A DNA stretch of 49,941 nucleotides, from positions 1 through 49,941 of the forward strand of contig NW_021833923.1 in assembly GCF_006345805.1 (NCBI RefSeq), written 5' to 3'. This document shows, in pieces, positions 10,031 to 25,100 of the stretch. The position numbers and the translations under genes are program-made. Position 1 is the stretch's first letter. Each line of letters starts with the position of its first letter. Under the pieces are notes generated by a model. It ran no database searches. It was not told the origin of the DNA and was given only the letters and a program-made list of their open reading frames with translations. Source of the DNA: Octopus sinensis (lineage: Eukaryota).

Positions 10031-13000
10031 GGCGGTGCGACAGCATGGGCACAGTGAAATGAATTAGACAAATAGGTCGTTTATGTAAAATGTAAGGGAG
10101 TTAACATAGCTTCGGGCCAAATAAAGGAGACCGATGGAATAAATACTATGATTAGAAAGTCCTGGCGTCGATTTTCTTGAAAAAAGGCGGGGCTACAGCA
10201 TGGACACGTTATATGAATGAAACAAATAGCGTCGTTAACATAAGGGAGGTAACCCTAGAATATATTTAGTTTAGTTATAAATATGGGAGATAATTAAAAT
10301 AAATGTTTCCTAGAGTTACCTCCCTTACATTTTCCATCAGCCACACTATTTGTCTCATTTATTTGACTCCCCTATAAGGGAAAATAGATAACTTAATAAC
10401 CTGTAAAGGTAAGGGAGGTAACTCTAGAACTCTAGAAATGTAAGGGAGGTAACTCTATGTTCGTAGGAGATAACTGAAATAAATATTTTGTGGAGTTACC
10501 TCCCTTACATTTTACGTAAACGACTTAGTTGTCTAATTCATTTCACTGTGCCCATGCTGTCGCACCGCCTCTTCTCAAGCAAATCGACCCCAGGACTTAT
10601 TCTTTCCTAGCCTAGTACTTGCTCTATCGTTCACACGTCATGCGTCCATACAAACAAGCCTCGTTCACCCATCATGCGCCCAACGAGGCTTCTTTGTATG
10701 GACGCAGGACGTGTGAACTATAGAGCAAGTACTTGGCTGAGAAAGAATAAGTCCTAGACTCGATTTTCTTGAGAAGAGGCGGTGCGACAGCATGGGCACA
10801 GTCAAATGAATTAGACAAATAAGTTGTTTATGTAAAATGTAAGGGAGTTAACTCCAGAAAATATTTATTTCAGTTATCTCCTACGAACATAGAGTTACCT
10901 CCCTTACATTCCTAGAGTTACCTCCCTTACCTTTACAGGTTATTAAGTTAATTCTAGATATCTAGAAAGGTAAGGGAGGTAACTCTATGTTCGTAGGAGA
11001 TAAATGAAATAAATATTTTCTGGAGTTAACTCCCTTACATTTTACATAAACAACTTATTTTTCTCAGTCATTTGACTGTGCCCATGCTGTCGCACCGCCT
11101 CTTCTCAAGAAAATCGACTCTAGGACTTATTCTTTCTAAGCCTAGTACTTGCTCTATCGTTCACACGTCCTGCGTCCATACAAAGAAGCCTCTTTGGGCG
11201 CATGATGGGTGAACGAGGCTTGTTTGTATGGACGCATGACGTGTGAACTATAGAGCAAGTACTGGGCTAGGAAAGAATAAGTCCTGGGGTCGATTTGCTT
11301 GAGAAGAGGCGGTGCGACAGCATGGGCACAGTCAAATGAATTAGACAAATAAGTTGTTTATGTAAAATGTAAGGGAGTTAACTCCAGAAAATATTTATTT
11401 CAGTTATCTCCTACGACCATAGAGTTACCTCCCTTACATTCCTAGAGTTACCTCCCTTACCTTTACAGGTTATTAAGTTAATTCTAGATATCTAGAAAGG
11501 TAAGGGAGGTAACTCTATGTTCTTAGGAGATAAATGAAATAAATATTTTCTGGAGTTAACTCCCTTACATTTTACATAAACAACTTATTTTTCTCAGTCA
11601 TTTGACTGTGCCCATGCTGTCGCACCGCCTCTTCTCAAGAAAATCGACTCTAGGACTTATTCTTTCTAAGCCTAGTACTTGCTCTATCGTTCACACGTCC
11701 TGCGTCCATACAAAGAAGCCTCTTTGGGCGCATGATGGGTGAACGAGGCTTGTTTGTATGGACGCATGACGTGTGAACGATAGAGCAAGTACTGGGCTAG
11801 GAAAGAATAAGTCCTGGGGTCGATTTGCTTGAGAAGAGGCGGTGCGACAGCATGGGCACAGTCAAATGAATTAGACAAATAAGTTGTTTATGTAAAATGT
11901 AAGGGAGTTAACTCCAGAAAATATTTATTTCAGTTATCTCCTACGAACATAGAGTTACCTCCCTTACATTTCTAGAGTTCTAGTGTTACCTCCCTTACCT
12001 TTACAGGTTATTAAGTTATCATTTTTCTAGAGTTACTTCCCTTATAGGGGAGTCAAATAAATGAGACAAATAGTGTGGCTGATGGAAAATGTAAGGGAGG
12101 TAACTCTAGGAAACATTTATTTTAATTATCTCCCTTTATAACTAACCTAAATATATTCTAGGGTTACCTCCCTTATGTTAACGACGCTATTTGTTTCATT
12201 CATATAACGTGTCCATGCTGTAGCCCCGCCTTTTTTCAAGAAAATCGACGCCAGGACTTTCTAATCATAGTATTTATTCCATCGGTCTCCTTTCTTTGGC
12301 CCGAAGCTATGTTAACTCCCTTACATTTTACATAAACGACCTATTTGTCTAATTCATTTCACTGTGCCCATGCTGTCGCACCGCCTCGTTCACACATCAT
12401 GCGTCCATACAAACAAGCCTCGTTCACATGACGTGTGAACGAGACTTGTTTGTATGGACGCATGACGTGTAAATGCTCTGCTTAGAAAGAATGAGTCCCG
12501 GGGACTCATTTGCTTGAGAAAAGGTGCTACAGCATGGTCACAGTCAAATAAAGGAGACAAATAGCGTCGCTGATGTAAAATGTAAGGGAGGTAACTCTAG
12601 AACTCTAGAAATGTAAGGGAGGTAACTCTATGTTCGTAGGAGATAACTGAAATAAATATTTTGTGGAGTTACCTCCCTTACATTTTACGTAAACGACTTA
12701 TTTGTCTAATTCATTTCACTGTGCCCATGCTATCGCACCGCCTCTTCTCAAGCAAATCGACCCCAGGACTTATTCTTTCCTAGCCTAGTACTTGCTCTAT
12801 CGTTCACACGTCATGCGTCCATACAAACAAGCCTCGTTCACCCATCATGCGTCCATACAAACAAGCCTCGTTCACCCATCATGCGTCCAACGAGGCTTCT
12901 TTGTATGGACGCATGATGGGTGAACGAGTCTTGTTTGTGTGAACGCATGATGGGTGAACGAGGCTTGTTTGTATGGACGCATGACGTGTGAACGATAGAG

Positions 13001-13140
13001 CAAGTACTTGGCTGAGAAAGAATAAGTCCTAGACTCGATTTTCCTGAGAAGAGGCGGCGCGACAGCATGGGCACAGTGAAATGAATTAGACAAATAAGTC
13101 GTTTACTTAAAATGTAAGGGAAGTAACTCCACAAAATATT
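9989..13140. repeat. Nested inverted-repeat (fold-back) cassette built from a SINE-like head, AAGGGAGGTAACTCTAG motifs and 34-mer fragments
   Basis: 9989-10890 is the reverse complement of ~11525-12427. An internal 530-bp direct repeat (gctctatcgt at 10621, 11151, 11681) and a further copy at ~12580-13140 are present. Confidence 0.9.
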
Positions 13141-16100
13141 TAGCCTCGTTCACACATCATGCGTCCATACAAACAAGCCTGGATCACACATCATGCGTCC
13201 ATACAAACAAGCCTAGATCACACATCATGCGTCCATATGGACAAGCCTCGTTCACACATCATGCGTCCATACAAACAAGCCTAATTCACACATAACGCGT
13301 CCATACAAACAAGCCTGGATCACACATCATGCGTCCATATGGACAAGCCTCGTTCACACATCATGCGTCCATACAAACAAGCCTGGATCACACATCATGC
13401 GTCCATACAAACAAGCCTAATTCACACATCATGCGTCCATACAAACAATCGTCGTTCACACATCATGCGTCCATACAAACAAGCCTCGTTCACACATCAT
13501 GCGTCCATACAAACAAGCCTCGTTCACACATCATGCGTCCATACAAACAAGCCTCGTTCACACATCATGCGTCCATACAAACAAGCCTCGTTCACACATC
13601 ATGCGTCCATACAAACAAGCCTATTTCACACATCATGCGTCCATACAAAGAAGCCTGGATCACACATCATGCGTCCATATGGACAAGCCTCGTTCACACA
13701 TCATGCGTCCATACAAACAAGCCTGGATCACACATCATGCGTTTATACAAACAAGCCTAATTCACACATCATGCGTCCATACAAACAAGCCTCGTTCACA
13801 CATCATGCGTCCATACAAACAAGCCTAATTTACACATCATGCGTCCATACAAACAAGCCTGGATCACACATCATGCGTCCATACAAACAAGCCTGGATCA
13901 CACATCATGCGTCCATACAAACAAGCCTGGATCACACATCATGCGTCCATATGGACAAGCCTCGTTCACACATCATGCGTCCATACAAACAAGCCTAATT
14001 CACACATCATGCGTCCATACAAACAAGCCTGGATCACACATCATGAGTCCATACAAACAAGCCTCGTTCACACATCATGCGTCCATACAAACAAGCCTCG
14101 TTCACACATCATGCCTCCATACAAACAAGCCTAATTCACACATCATGCGTCCATACAAACAAGCCTCGATCACACATCATGCGTCCATACAAACAAGCCT
14201 CGTTCACACATCATGCGTCCATACAAAAAAGCCTAATTCACACCTCATGCGTCCATACAAACAAGCCTGGATCACACATCATGCGTCCATACAAACAAGC
14301 CTCGTTCACACATCATGCGTCCATACAAACAAGCCTCGTTCACACATCATGCGTCCATACAAACAAGCCTAATTCACACATCATGCGTCCATATAAACAA
14401 GCCTCGTTCACACATCATGCGTTCATACAAACAAGCCTCGTTCACACATCATTTGTCCATACAAACAAGCCTAATTCACACATCATGCGTCCATACAAAC
14501 AAGCCTCGTTCACACATCATGCGTTCATACAAACAAGCCTCGTTCACACATCATGCGTCCATACAAACAAGCCTAATTCACACATCATGCGTCCATACAA
14601 ACAAGCCTGCATCACACATCATGCGTCCATACAAACAAGCCTCGTTCACACATCATGCGTCCATACAAACAAGCCTCGTTCACACATCATGCGTCCATAC
14701 AAACAAGCCTAATTCACACATCATGCGTCCATACAAACAAGCCTGGATCACACATCATGCGTCCATACAAACAAGCCTCGTTCACACATCATGCGTCCAT
14801 ACAAACAAGCCTAATTCACACATCATGCGTCCATACAAACAAGCCTGGATCACACAACATGCGTCCATATGGACAAGCCTCGTTCACACATCATGCGTCC
14901 ATACAAACAAGCCTGGATCACACATCATGCGTCCATATGGACAAGCCTCGTTCACACATCATGCGTCCATACAAACAAGCCTAATTCACACATCATGCGT
15001 CCATACAAACAAGCCTAATTCACACATCATGCGTCCATACAAACAAGCCTAATTCACACATCATGCGTCCATATGGACAAGCCTCGTTCACACATCATGC
15101 GTTCATACATACAAGCCTAATTCACACATCATGCGTCCATACAAACAAGCCTAATTCACACATCATGCGTCCATACAAACAAGCCTAATTCACACATCAT
15201 GCGTCCATACAAACAAGCCTCGTTCACACATCATGCGTCCATACAAACAAGCCTAATTCACACATCATGCGTCCATACAAACAAGCCTCGTTCACACATG
15301 TTGCGTCCATACAAACAAGCCTCGTTCACACATCATGCGTCCATACAAACAAGCCTAATTCACACATCATGCGTCCATACAAACAAGACTCGTTCACAGA
15401 TCTTGCGTCCATACAAACAAGCCTCGTTCACACATCATGCGTCCATACAAACAAGCCTAATTCACACATCATGCGTCCATACAAACAAGCCTCGTTCACA
15501 CATCTTGCGTCCATACAAACAAGCCTCGTTCACACATCATGCGTCCATACAAACAAGCCTCGTTCACACATCTTGCGTCCATACAAACAAGCCTCGTTCA
15601 CACATCATGCGTCCATACAAACAAGCCTCGTTCACACATCATGCGTTCATACAAACAAGCCTAATTCACACATCATGCGTCCATAAAAACAAGCCTAGTT
15701 CACACATCTTGCGTCCATACAAACAAGCCTCGTTCACACATCATGCGTCCATACAAACAAGCCTAGTTCACACATCTTGCGTCCATACAAACAAGCCTCG
15801 TTCACACATCTTGCGTCCATACAAACAAGCCTCGTTCACACATCATGCGTCCATACAAACAAGCCTAATTCACACATCATGTGTCCATACAAACAAGCCT
15901 CGTTCACACATCTTGCGTCCATACAAACAAGCCTCGTTCACACATCATGCGTCCATACAAACAAGCCTAATTCACACATCATGCGTCCATACAAACAAGC
16001 CTCGTTCACACATCACGCGTCCATACAAACAAGCCTCGTTCACACATCATGCGTCCATACAAACAAGCCTAATTCACACATCATGCGTCCATACAAACAA

Positions 16101-19100
16101 GCCTAATTCACACATCATGCGTCCATATGGACAAGCCTCGTTCACACATCAAGCGTTCATACAAACAAGCCTCGTCCACACATCATGCGTCCATACAAAC
16201 AAGCCTGGATCACACATCATGCGTCCATATGTACAAGCCTCGTTCACACATCATGCGTCCATACAAACAAGCCTAATTCACACATCATGCGTCCATACAA
16301 ACAAGCCTAATTCACACATCATGCGTCCATATGGACAAGCCTCGTTCACACATCATGCGTTCATACAAACAAGCCTCGTTCACACATCATGCGTCCATAC
16401 AAACAAGCCTAATTCACACATCATGCGTCCATACAAACAAGCCTGGATCACACATCATGCGTCCATATGGACAAGCCTCGTTCACACATCATGCGTTCAT
16501 ACAAACAAGCCTAATTCACACATCATGCGTCCATACAAACAAGCCTCGTTCACACATCATGCGTCCATACAAACAAGCCTGTATCACACATCATGCGTCC
16601 ATACAAACAAGCCTCGTTCACACATCATGCGTCCATACAAACAAGCCTCGTTCACACATCATGCGTCCATACCAACAAGCCTAATTCACACATCATGCGT
16701 CCATACAAACAAGCCTCGTTCACACATCATGCGTCCATACAAACAAGCCTCGTTCACACATCATGCGTCCATACAAACAAGCCTAATTCACACATCATGC
16801 CTCCATACAAACAAGCCTCGTTCACACATCATGCGTCCATACAAACAAGCCTGGATCACACATCATGCGTCCATACAAACAAGCCTCGTTCACACATCAT
16901 GCGTCCATACAAACAAGCCTGGATCACACATCATGCGTCCATACAAAAAAGCCTCGTTCACACATCATGCGTCCATACAAACAAGCCTAATTCACACATT
17001 ATGCGTCCATACAAACAAGCCTGGATCACACATCATGCGTCCATACAAACAAGCCTCGTTCACACATCATGCGTCCATACAAACAAGCCTAATTCACACA
17101 TCATGCGTCCATACAAACAAGCCTAATTCACACATCATGCGTCCATACAAGCAAGCCTCGTTCACACATCATGCGTCCATACAAACAAGCCTAAGTCACA
17201 CATCATCCCCACATACCCCCCACACCCCCCCCCCCCCCACCCATGCGTCCATACAACAAGCCTGGATCACACATCATGCGTCCATACAAGCCTATTCACA
17301 CATCATGCGTCCATACAAACAACCTCGTTCACACATCAGGTCCATAAAAACAAGCCTATTCACACATCATGCGTCCATACAAACAAGCCTCGTTCACACA
17401 TCATGCGTCCATACAACAAGCCTAATTCACACATCATGCGTCCATACAAACAGCCTGGATCACACATCATGCGTCCATACAAACAAGCCTAATTCACACA
17501 TCATGCCTCCATACAAACAAGCCTCGTTCACACATCATGCGTCCATACAAACAAGCCTCGTTCACACATCATGCGTCCATACAAACAAGCCTAATTCACA
17601 CATCATGCGTCCATAAAAACAAGCCGGATCACACATCATGCGTCCATACAAACAAGCCTAATTCACACATCATGCGTCCATACAAACAAGCCTAATTCAC
17701 ACATCATGCGTCCATACAAAGAAGCCTAATTCACACATTATGCGTCCATACAAACAAGCCTCGTTCACACATCATGCGTCCATACAAACAAGCCTAATTC
17801 ATACGTCATGCGTCCATACAAACATGCCTCGTTCACACATCATGCGTCCATACAAACAAGCCTAATTCACATATCATGCGTCCATACAACAAGCCTCGTT
17901 CACACATCATGCGTCCATACAAACAAGCCTAATTCACACATCATGCGTCCATACAAACAAGCCTCGTTCACACATCATCATGCGTCCAATAAACAAGCCA
18001 CGTTCACACATCATGCTTCCATACAAACAAGCCTCGTTCACACATCATGCGTCCATACAAACAAGCCTCGTTCACACATCATGCGTCCATACAAACAAGC
18101 CTCGTTCACACATCATGCGTCCATACAAACAAGCCTCGTTCACATCATGCGTCCATACAAACAAGCCTCGTTCACACATCATGCGTCCATACAAACAAGC
18201 CTAATTCACACATCACGCGTCCATACAAACAAGCCTGGATCACACACATCATGCGTCCATATGGACAAGCCTTTTCACACATCATGCGTCCATACAAACA
18301 AGCCTGGATCACACATCATGCGTCCATACAAACAAGCCTAATTCACACATCATGCGTCCATACAAACAATCGTCGTTCACACACACACATGCGTCCATAC
18401 TAACAAGCCTCGTTCACACATCATGCGTCCATACAAACAAGCCTCGTTCACACATCATGCGTCCATACAAACAAGCCTCGTTCACACATCATGCGTCCAT
18501 ACAAACAAGCCTCGTTCACACATCATGCGTCCATACAAACAAGCCTAATTCACACATCATGCGTCCATACAAAGAAGCCTGGATCACACATCATGCGTCC
18601 ATATGGACAAGCCTCGTTCACACATCATGCGTCCATACAAACAAGCCTGGATCACACATCATGCGTCCATACAAACAAGCCTAATTCACACATCATGCGT
18701 CCATACAAACAAGCCTCGTTCACACATCATGCGTCCATACAAACAAGCCTAATTCACACATCATGCGTCCATACAAACAAGCCTGGATCACACATCAAGC
18801 GTCCATATTGACAAGCCTCGATCACACATCATGCGTCCATACAAACAAGCCTGGATCACACATCATGCGTCCATACAAACAACACTAATTCACACATCAT
18901 GCGTCCATACAAACAAGTCTCGTTCAGACATCATGCGTCCATACAAACAAGCCTAATTCACACATCATGCGTCCATACAAACAAGCCTCGTTCACACATC
19001 ATGCGTCCATACAAACTAGCCTAATTCACACAACATGCGTCCATACAAACAAGCCTGGATCACACATCATGCGTCCATATGGACAAGCCTCGTTCACACA

Positions 19101-22100
19101 TCATGCGTCCATACAAACAAGCGTGGATCACACATCATGCGTCCATACAAACAAGCCTAATTCACACATCATGCGTCCATACAAACAAGCCTCGTTCACA
19201 CATGCGTCCATACAAACAAGCCTAATTCACACATCATGCGTCCATACAAACAAGCCTCGTTCACACATCATGCGTCCACAAACAAGCCTAATCACACATC
19301 ATGCGTCCATACAAACAAGCCTCGTTCACACATCATGCGTCCATACAAACAAGCCTAATTCACACATCATGCGTCCATACAAACAAGCCTAATTCACACA
19401 TCATGCGTCCATACAAACAAGCCTGGATCACACATCATGCGTCCATATGGACAAGCCTCGTTCACACATCATGCGTCCATACAAACAAGCCTGGATCACA
19501 CATCATGCGTCCATACAAACAAGTCTAATTCACACATCATGCGTCCATACAAACAAGCCTGGATCACACATCATGCGTCCATATGGACAAGCCTCGTTCA
19601 CACATCATGCGTCCATACAAACAAGCCTGGATCACACATCATGCGTCCATATGGATAAGCCTCGTTCACACATCATGCGTCCATACAAACAAGCCTAATT
19701 CACACATCATGCGTCCATACAAACAAACCTAATTCACACATCATGCGTCCATACAAACAAGCCTCGTTCACACATCATGCGTCCATACAAACAAGCCTAA
19801 TTCACACATCATGCGTCCATACAAACAAGCCTGGATCACACATCATGCGTCCATACAAACAAGACTCGTTCACACATCATGCGTCCATACAAACAAGCCT
19901 CGTTCACACATCATGCGTCCATACAAACAAGCCTAATTCACACATCATGCGTCCATACAGACAAACCTGGATAACACATCATGCGTCCATATGGACAAGC
20001 CTCGTTCACACATCATGCGTCCATACAAACAAGCCTGGATCACACATCATGCGTCCATATGGATAAGCCTAATTCACACATCATGCGTCCATACAAACAA
20101 GCCTCGTTCACACATCATGCGTCCATACAAACAAGCCTCGTTCACACATCATGCGTCCATACAAACAAGCCTTGATCACACATCATGCGTCCATATGGAC
20201 AAGTCTCGTTCACACATCATGCGTCCATACAAACAAGCCTGGATCACACATCATGCGTCCATACAAACAAGCCTAATTCACACATCATGCGTCCATACAA
20301 ACAAGCCTAATTCACACATCATGCGTCCATACAAACAAGCCTTGATCACACATCATGCGTCCATACAAACAAGCCTCGTTCACACATCATGCGTCCATAC
20401 AAACAAGCCTAATTCACACATCATGCGTCCATACAAACAAGCCCGTTCACACATCATGCGTCCATACAAACAAGCCTAATTCACACATCATGCGTCCATA
20501 CAAACAAGCCTCGTTCACACATCATGCGTCCATACAAACAAGCCTAATTCACACATCATGCGTCCATACAAGCAAGCCTCGTTCACACATCATGCGTCCA
20601 TACAAACAAGCCTAATTCACACATCATGCGTCCATACAAACAAGCCTGGATCACACATCATGCGTCCATATGGACAAGCCTCGTTCACACATCATGCGTC
20701 CATACAAACAAGCCTAATTCACACATCATGCGTCCATACAAACAAGCCTAATTCACACATCATGCGTCCATACAAACAAGCCTCGTTCACACATCATGCG
20801 TCCATACAAACAAGCCTCGTTCACACATCATGCGTCCATACAAACAAGCCTAATTCACACATCATGCGTCCATACAAACAAGCCTCGTTCACACATCATG
20901 CGTCCATACAAACAAGCCTCGTTCACACATCATGCGTCCATACAAACAAGCCTAATTCACACATCATGCGTCCATACAAACAAGCCTGGATCACACATCA
21001 TGCGTCCATATGGACAAGCCTGGATCACACATCATGCGTCCATATGGACAAGCCTCGTTCACACATCATGCGTCCATACAAACAAGCCTCGTTCACACAT
21101 CATGCGTCCATACAAACAAGCCTAATTCACACATCATGCGTCCATACAAACAAGCCTCGTTCACACATCATGCGTCCATACAAACAAGCCTAATTCACAC
21201 ATCATGCGTCCATACAAACAAGCCTGGATCACACATCATGCGTCCATACAAACAAGCCTAATTCACACATCATGCCTCCATACAAACAAGCCTCGTTCAC
21301 ACATCATGCGTCCATACAAACAAGCCTCGTTCACACATCATGCGTCCATACAAACAAGCCTAATTCACACATCATGCGTCCATACAAACAAGCCTAATTC
21401 ACACATCATGCGTCCATACAAGCAAGCCTCGTTCACACATCATGCGTCCATACAAACAAGCCTAATTCACACATCATGCGTCCATACAAACAAGCCTCGT
21501 TCACACATCATGCGTCCATACAAACAAGCCTAATTCACACATCATGCGTCCATACAAACAAGCCTGGATCACACATCATGCGTCCATACAAACAAGCCTA
21601 ATTCACACATCATGCCTCCATACAAACAAGCCTCGTTCACACATCATGCGTCCATACAAACAACCCTCGTTCACACATCATGCGTCCATACAAACAAGCC
21701 TAATTCACACATCATGCGTCCATACAAACAAGCCTGGATCACACATCATGCGTCCATATGGACAAGCCTCGTTCACACATCATGCGTCCATACAAACAAG
21801 CCTGGATCACACATCATGCGTCCATACAAACAAGCCTAATTCACACATCATGCGTCCATACAAACAAGCCTAATTCACACATCATGCGTCCATACAAACA
21901 AGCCTGGATCACACATCATGCGTCCATACAAACAAGCCTCGTTCACACATCATGCGTCCATACAAACAAGCCTAATTCACACATCATGCGTCCATACAAA
22001 CAAGCCTCGTTCACACATCATGCGTCCATACAAACAAGCCTAATTCACACATCATGCGTCCATACAAACAAGCCTCGTTCACACATCATGCGTCCATACA

Positions 22101-25100
22101 AACAAGCCTAATTCACACATCATCCGTCCATACAAACAAGCCTCGTTCACACATCATGCGTCCATACAAACAAGCCTAATTCACACATCATGCGTCCATA
22201 CAAAGAAGCCTAATTCACACATCATGCGTCCATATGGACAAGCCTCGTTCACACATCATGCGTCTATACAAACAAGCCTGATCACACATCATGCGTCCAT
22301 ACAAACAAGCCATTCACACATCATGCGTCCATACAAACAAGCTAATCACACAATCTGCGTCCATACAAACAAGCCTGGATCACACATCATGCGCCCATAT
22401 GGACAAGCTTCGTTCACACATCATGCGTCCATACAAACAAGCCTGGATCACACATCATGCGTCCATACAAACAAGCCTAATTCACACATCATGCGTCCAT
22501 ACAAACAAGCCTCGTTCACACATCATGCGTCCATACAAACAAGCCTAATTCACACATCATGCGTCCATACAAACAAGCCTCGTTCACACATCATGCGTCC
22601 ATACAAACAAGCCTAATTCACACATCATGCGTCCATACAAACAAGCCTGGATCACACATCATGCGTCCATACAAACAAGCCTAATTCACACATCATGCGT
22701 CCATACAAACAAGCCTCGTTCACACATCATGCGTCCATACAAACAAGCCTAATTCACACATCATGCGTCCATACAAACAAGCCTAATTCACACATCATGC
22801 GTCCATACAAACAAGCCTCGTTCACACATCATGCGTCCATACAAACAAGCCTAATTCACACATCATGCGTCCATACAAACAAGCCTGGATCACACATCAT
22901 GCGTCCATATGGACAAGCCTCGTTCAGACATCATGCGTCCATACAAACAAGCCTGGATCACACATCATGCGTCCATACAAACAAGCCTAATTCACACATC
23001 ATGCGTCCATACAAACAAGCCTAATTCACACATTATGCGTCCATACAAACAAGCCTGGATCACACATCATGCGTCCATACAAACAAGCCTCGTTCACACA
23101 TCATGCGTCCATACAAACAAGCCTAATTCACACATCATGCGTCCATACAGGCAAGCCTCGTTCACACATCATGCGTCCATACAAACAAGCCTAATTCACA
23201 CATCATGCGTCCATACAAACAAGCCTGGATCACACATCATGCGTCCATACAAACAAGCCTAATTCACACATCATGCGTCCATACAAACAAGCCTCGTTCA
23301 CACATCATGCGTCCATACAAACAAGCCTAATTCACACATCGTGCGTCCATACAAACAAGCCTCGTTCACACATCATGCGTCCATACAAACAAGCCTAATT
23401 CACACATCATGCGTCCATACAAACAAGCCTGGATCACACATCATGCGTCCATACAAACAAGACTAATTCACACATCATGCCTCCATACAAACAAGCCTCG
23501 TTCACTCATCATGCGTCCATACAAACAAGCCTCGTTCACACATCATGCGTCCATACAAACAAGCCTAATTCACACATCCTGCGTCCATAGAAACAAGCCT
23601 GGATCACACATCATGCGTCCATACAAACAAGCCTAATTCACACATCATGCGTCCATACAAACAAGCCTAATTCACACATCATGCGTCCATACAAACAAGC
23701 CTGGATCACACATCATGCGTCCATACAAACAAGCCTCGTTCACACATCATGCGTCCATACAAACAAGCCTAATTCATACATCATGCGTCCATACTAACAA
23801 GCCTCGTTCACACATCATGCGTCCATACAAACAAGCCTAATTCACATATCAGCGTCCAGTCCATACAAACAAGCCTCGTTCACACATCATGCGTCCATAC
23901 AAACAAGCCTAATTCACACATCATGCGTCCATACAAACAAGCCTCGTTCACACATCATGCGTCCATACAAACAAGCCTAATTCACACATCATGCGTCCAT
24001 ACAAACAAGCCTGGATCACACATCATGCGTCCATATGGACAAGCCTCGTTCACACATCATGCGTCCATACAAACAAGCCTGGATCACACATCATGCGTCA
24101 TACAAAAACAAGCTAATTCACACATCATGCGTCCATACAAACAAGCCTAATTCACACATCATGCGTCCATACAAACAAGCCTGGATCACACATCATGCGT
24201 CCATACAAACAAGCCTCGTTCACACATCATGCGTCCATACAAACAAGCCTAATTCACACATCATGCGTCCATACAAACAAGCCTCGTTCACACATCATGC
24301 GTCCATACAAACAAGCCTAATTCACATATCATGCGTCCATACAAACAAGCCTGGATCACACATCATGCGTCCATACAAACAAGCCTAATTCACACATCAT
24401 GCGTCCATACAAACAAGCCTCGTTCACACATGATGCGTCCATACAAACAAGCCTAATTCACACATCATGCGTCCATACAAACAAGCCTCGTTCACACATG
24501 ATGCGTCCATACAAACAAGCCTAATTCACACATGATGCGTCCATACAAACAAGCCTCGTTCACACATCATGCGTCCATACAAACAAGCCTAATTCACACA
24601 TCATGCGTCCATACAATCAAGCCTCGTTCACACATCATGCGTCCATACAAACAAGCCTAATTCACACATCATGCGTCCATACAAACAAGCCTGGATCACA
24701 CATCATGCGTCCATACAAACAAGCCTAATTCACACATCATGCGTCCATACAAACAAGCCTCGTTCACACATCATGCGTCCATACAAACAAGCCTCGTTCA
24801 CACATCATGCGTCCATACAAACAAGCCTAATTCACACATCATGCGTCCATACAAACAAGCCTAATTCACACATCATGCGTCCATATGGACAAGCCTCGTT
24901 CACACATCATGCGTCCATACAAACAAGCCTGGATCACACATCATGCGTCCATACAAACAAGCCTGGATCACACATCATGCGTCCATACAAACAAGCCTAA
25001 TTCACACATCATGCGTCCATACAAACAAGCCTAATTCACACATCATGCGTCCATACAAACAGCCTAATTCACACATCATGCGTCCATACAAACAAGCCTA

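Noticed and set aside
10952-10967. Protelomerase/telomere-resolvase target site interpretation of TTCTAGATATCTAGAA
   Set aside because: Only a short palindrome. No resemblance I can support to known resolvase sites and no enzyme gene in the window. Kept only as a fold-back junction.
17200-17480. C-run (ccccacatacccccacaccccccccccccccac) and a cluster of indel-bearing monomers
   Set aside because: Looks like a low-quality consensus patch or read join. Similar noisy patches at ~17960-18400, ~19190-19300 and ~22270-22350. Not treated as biology without read support.
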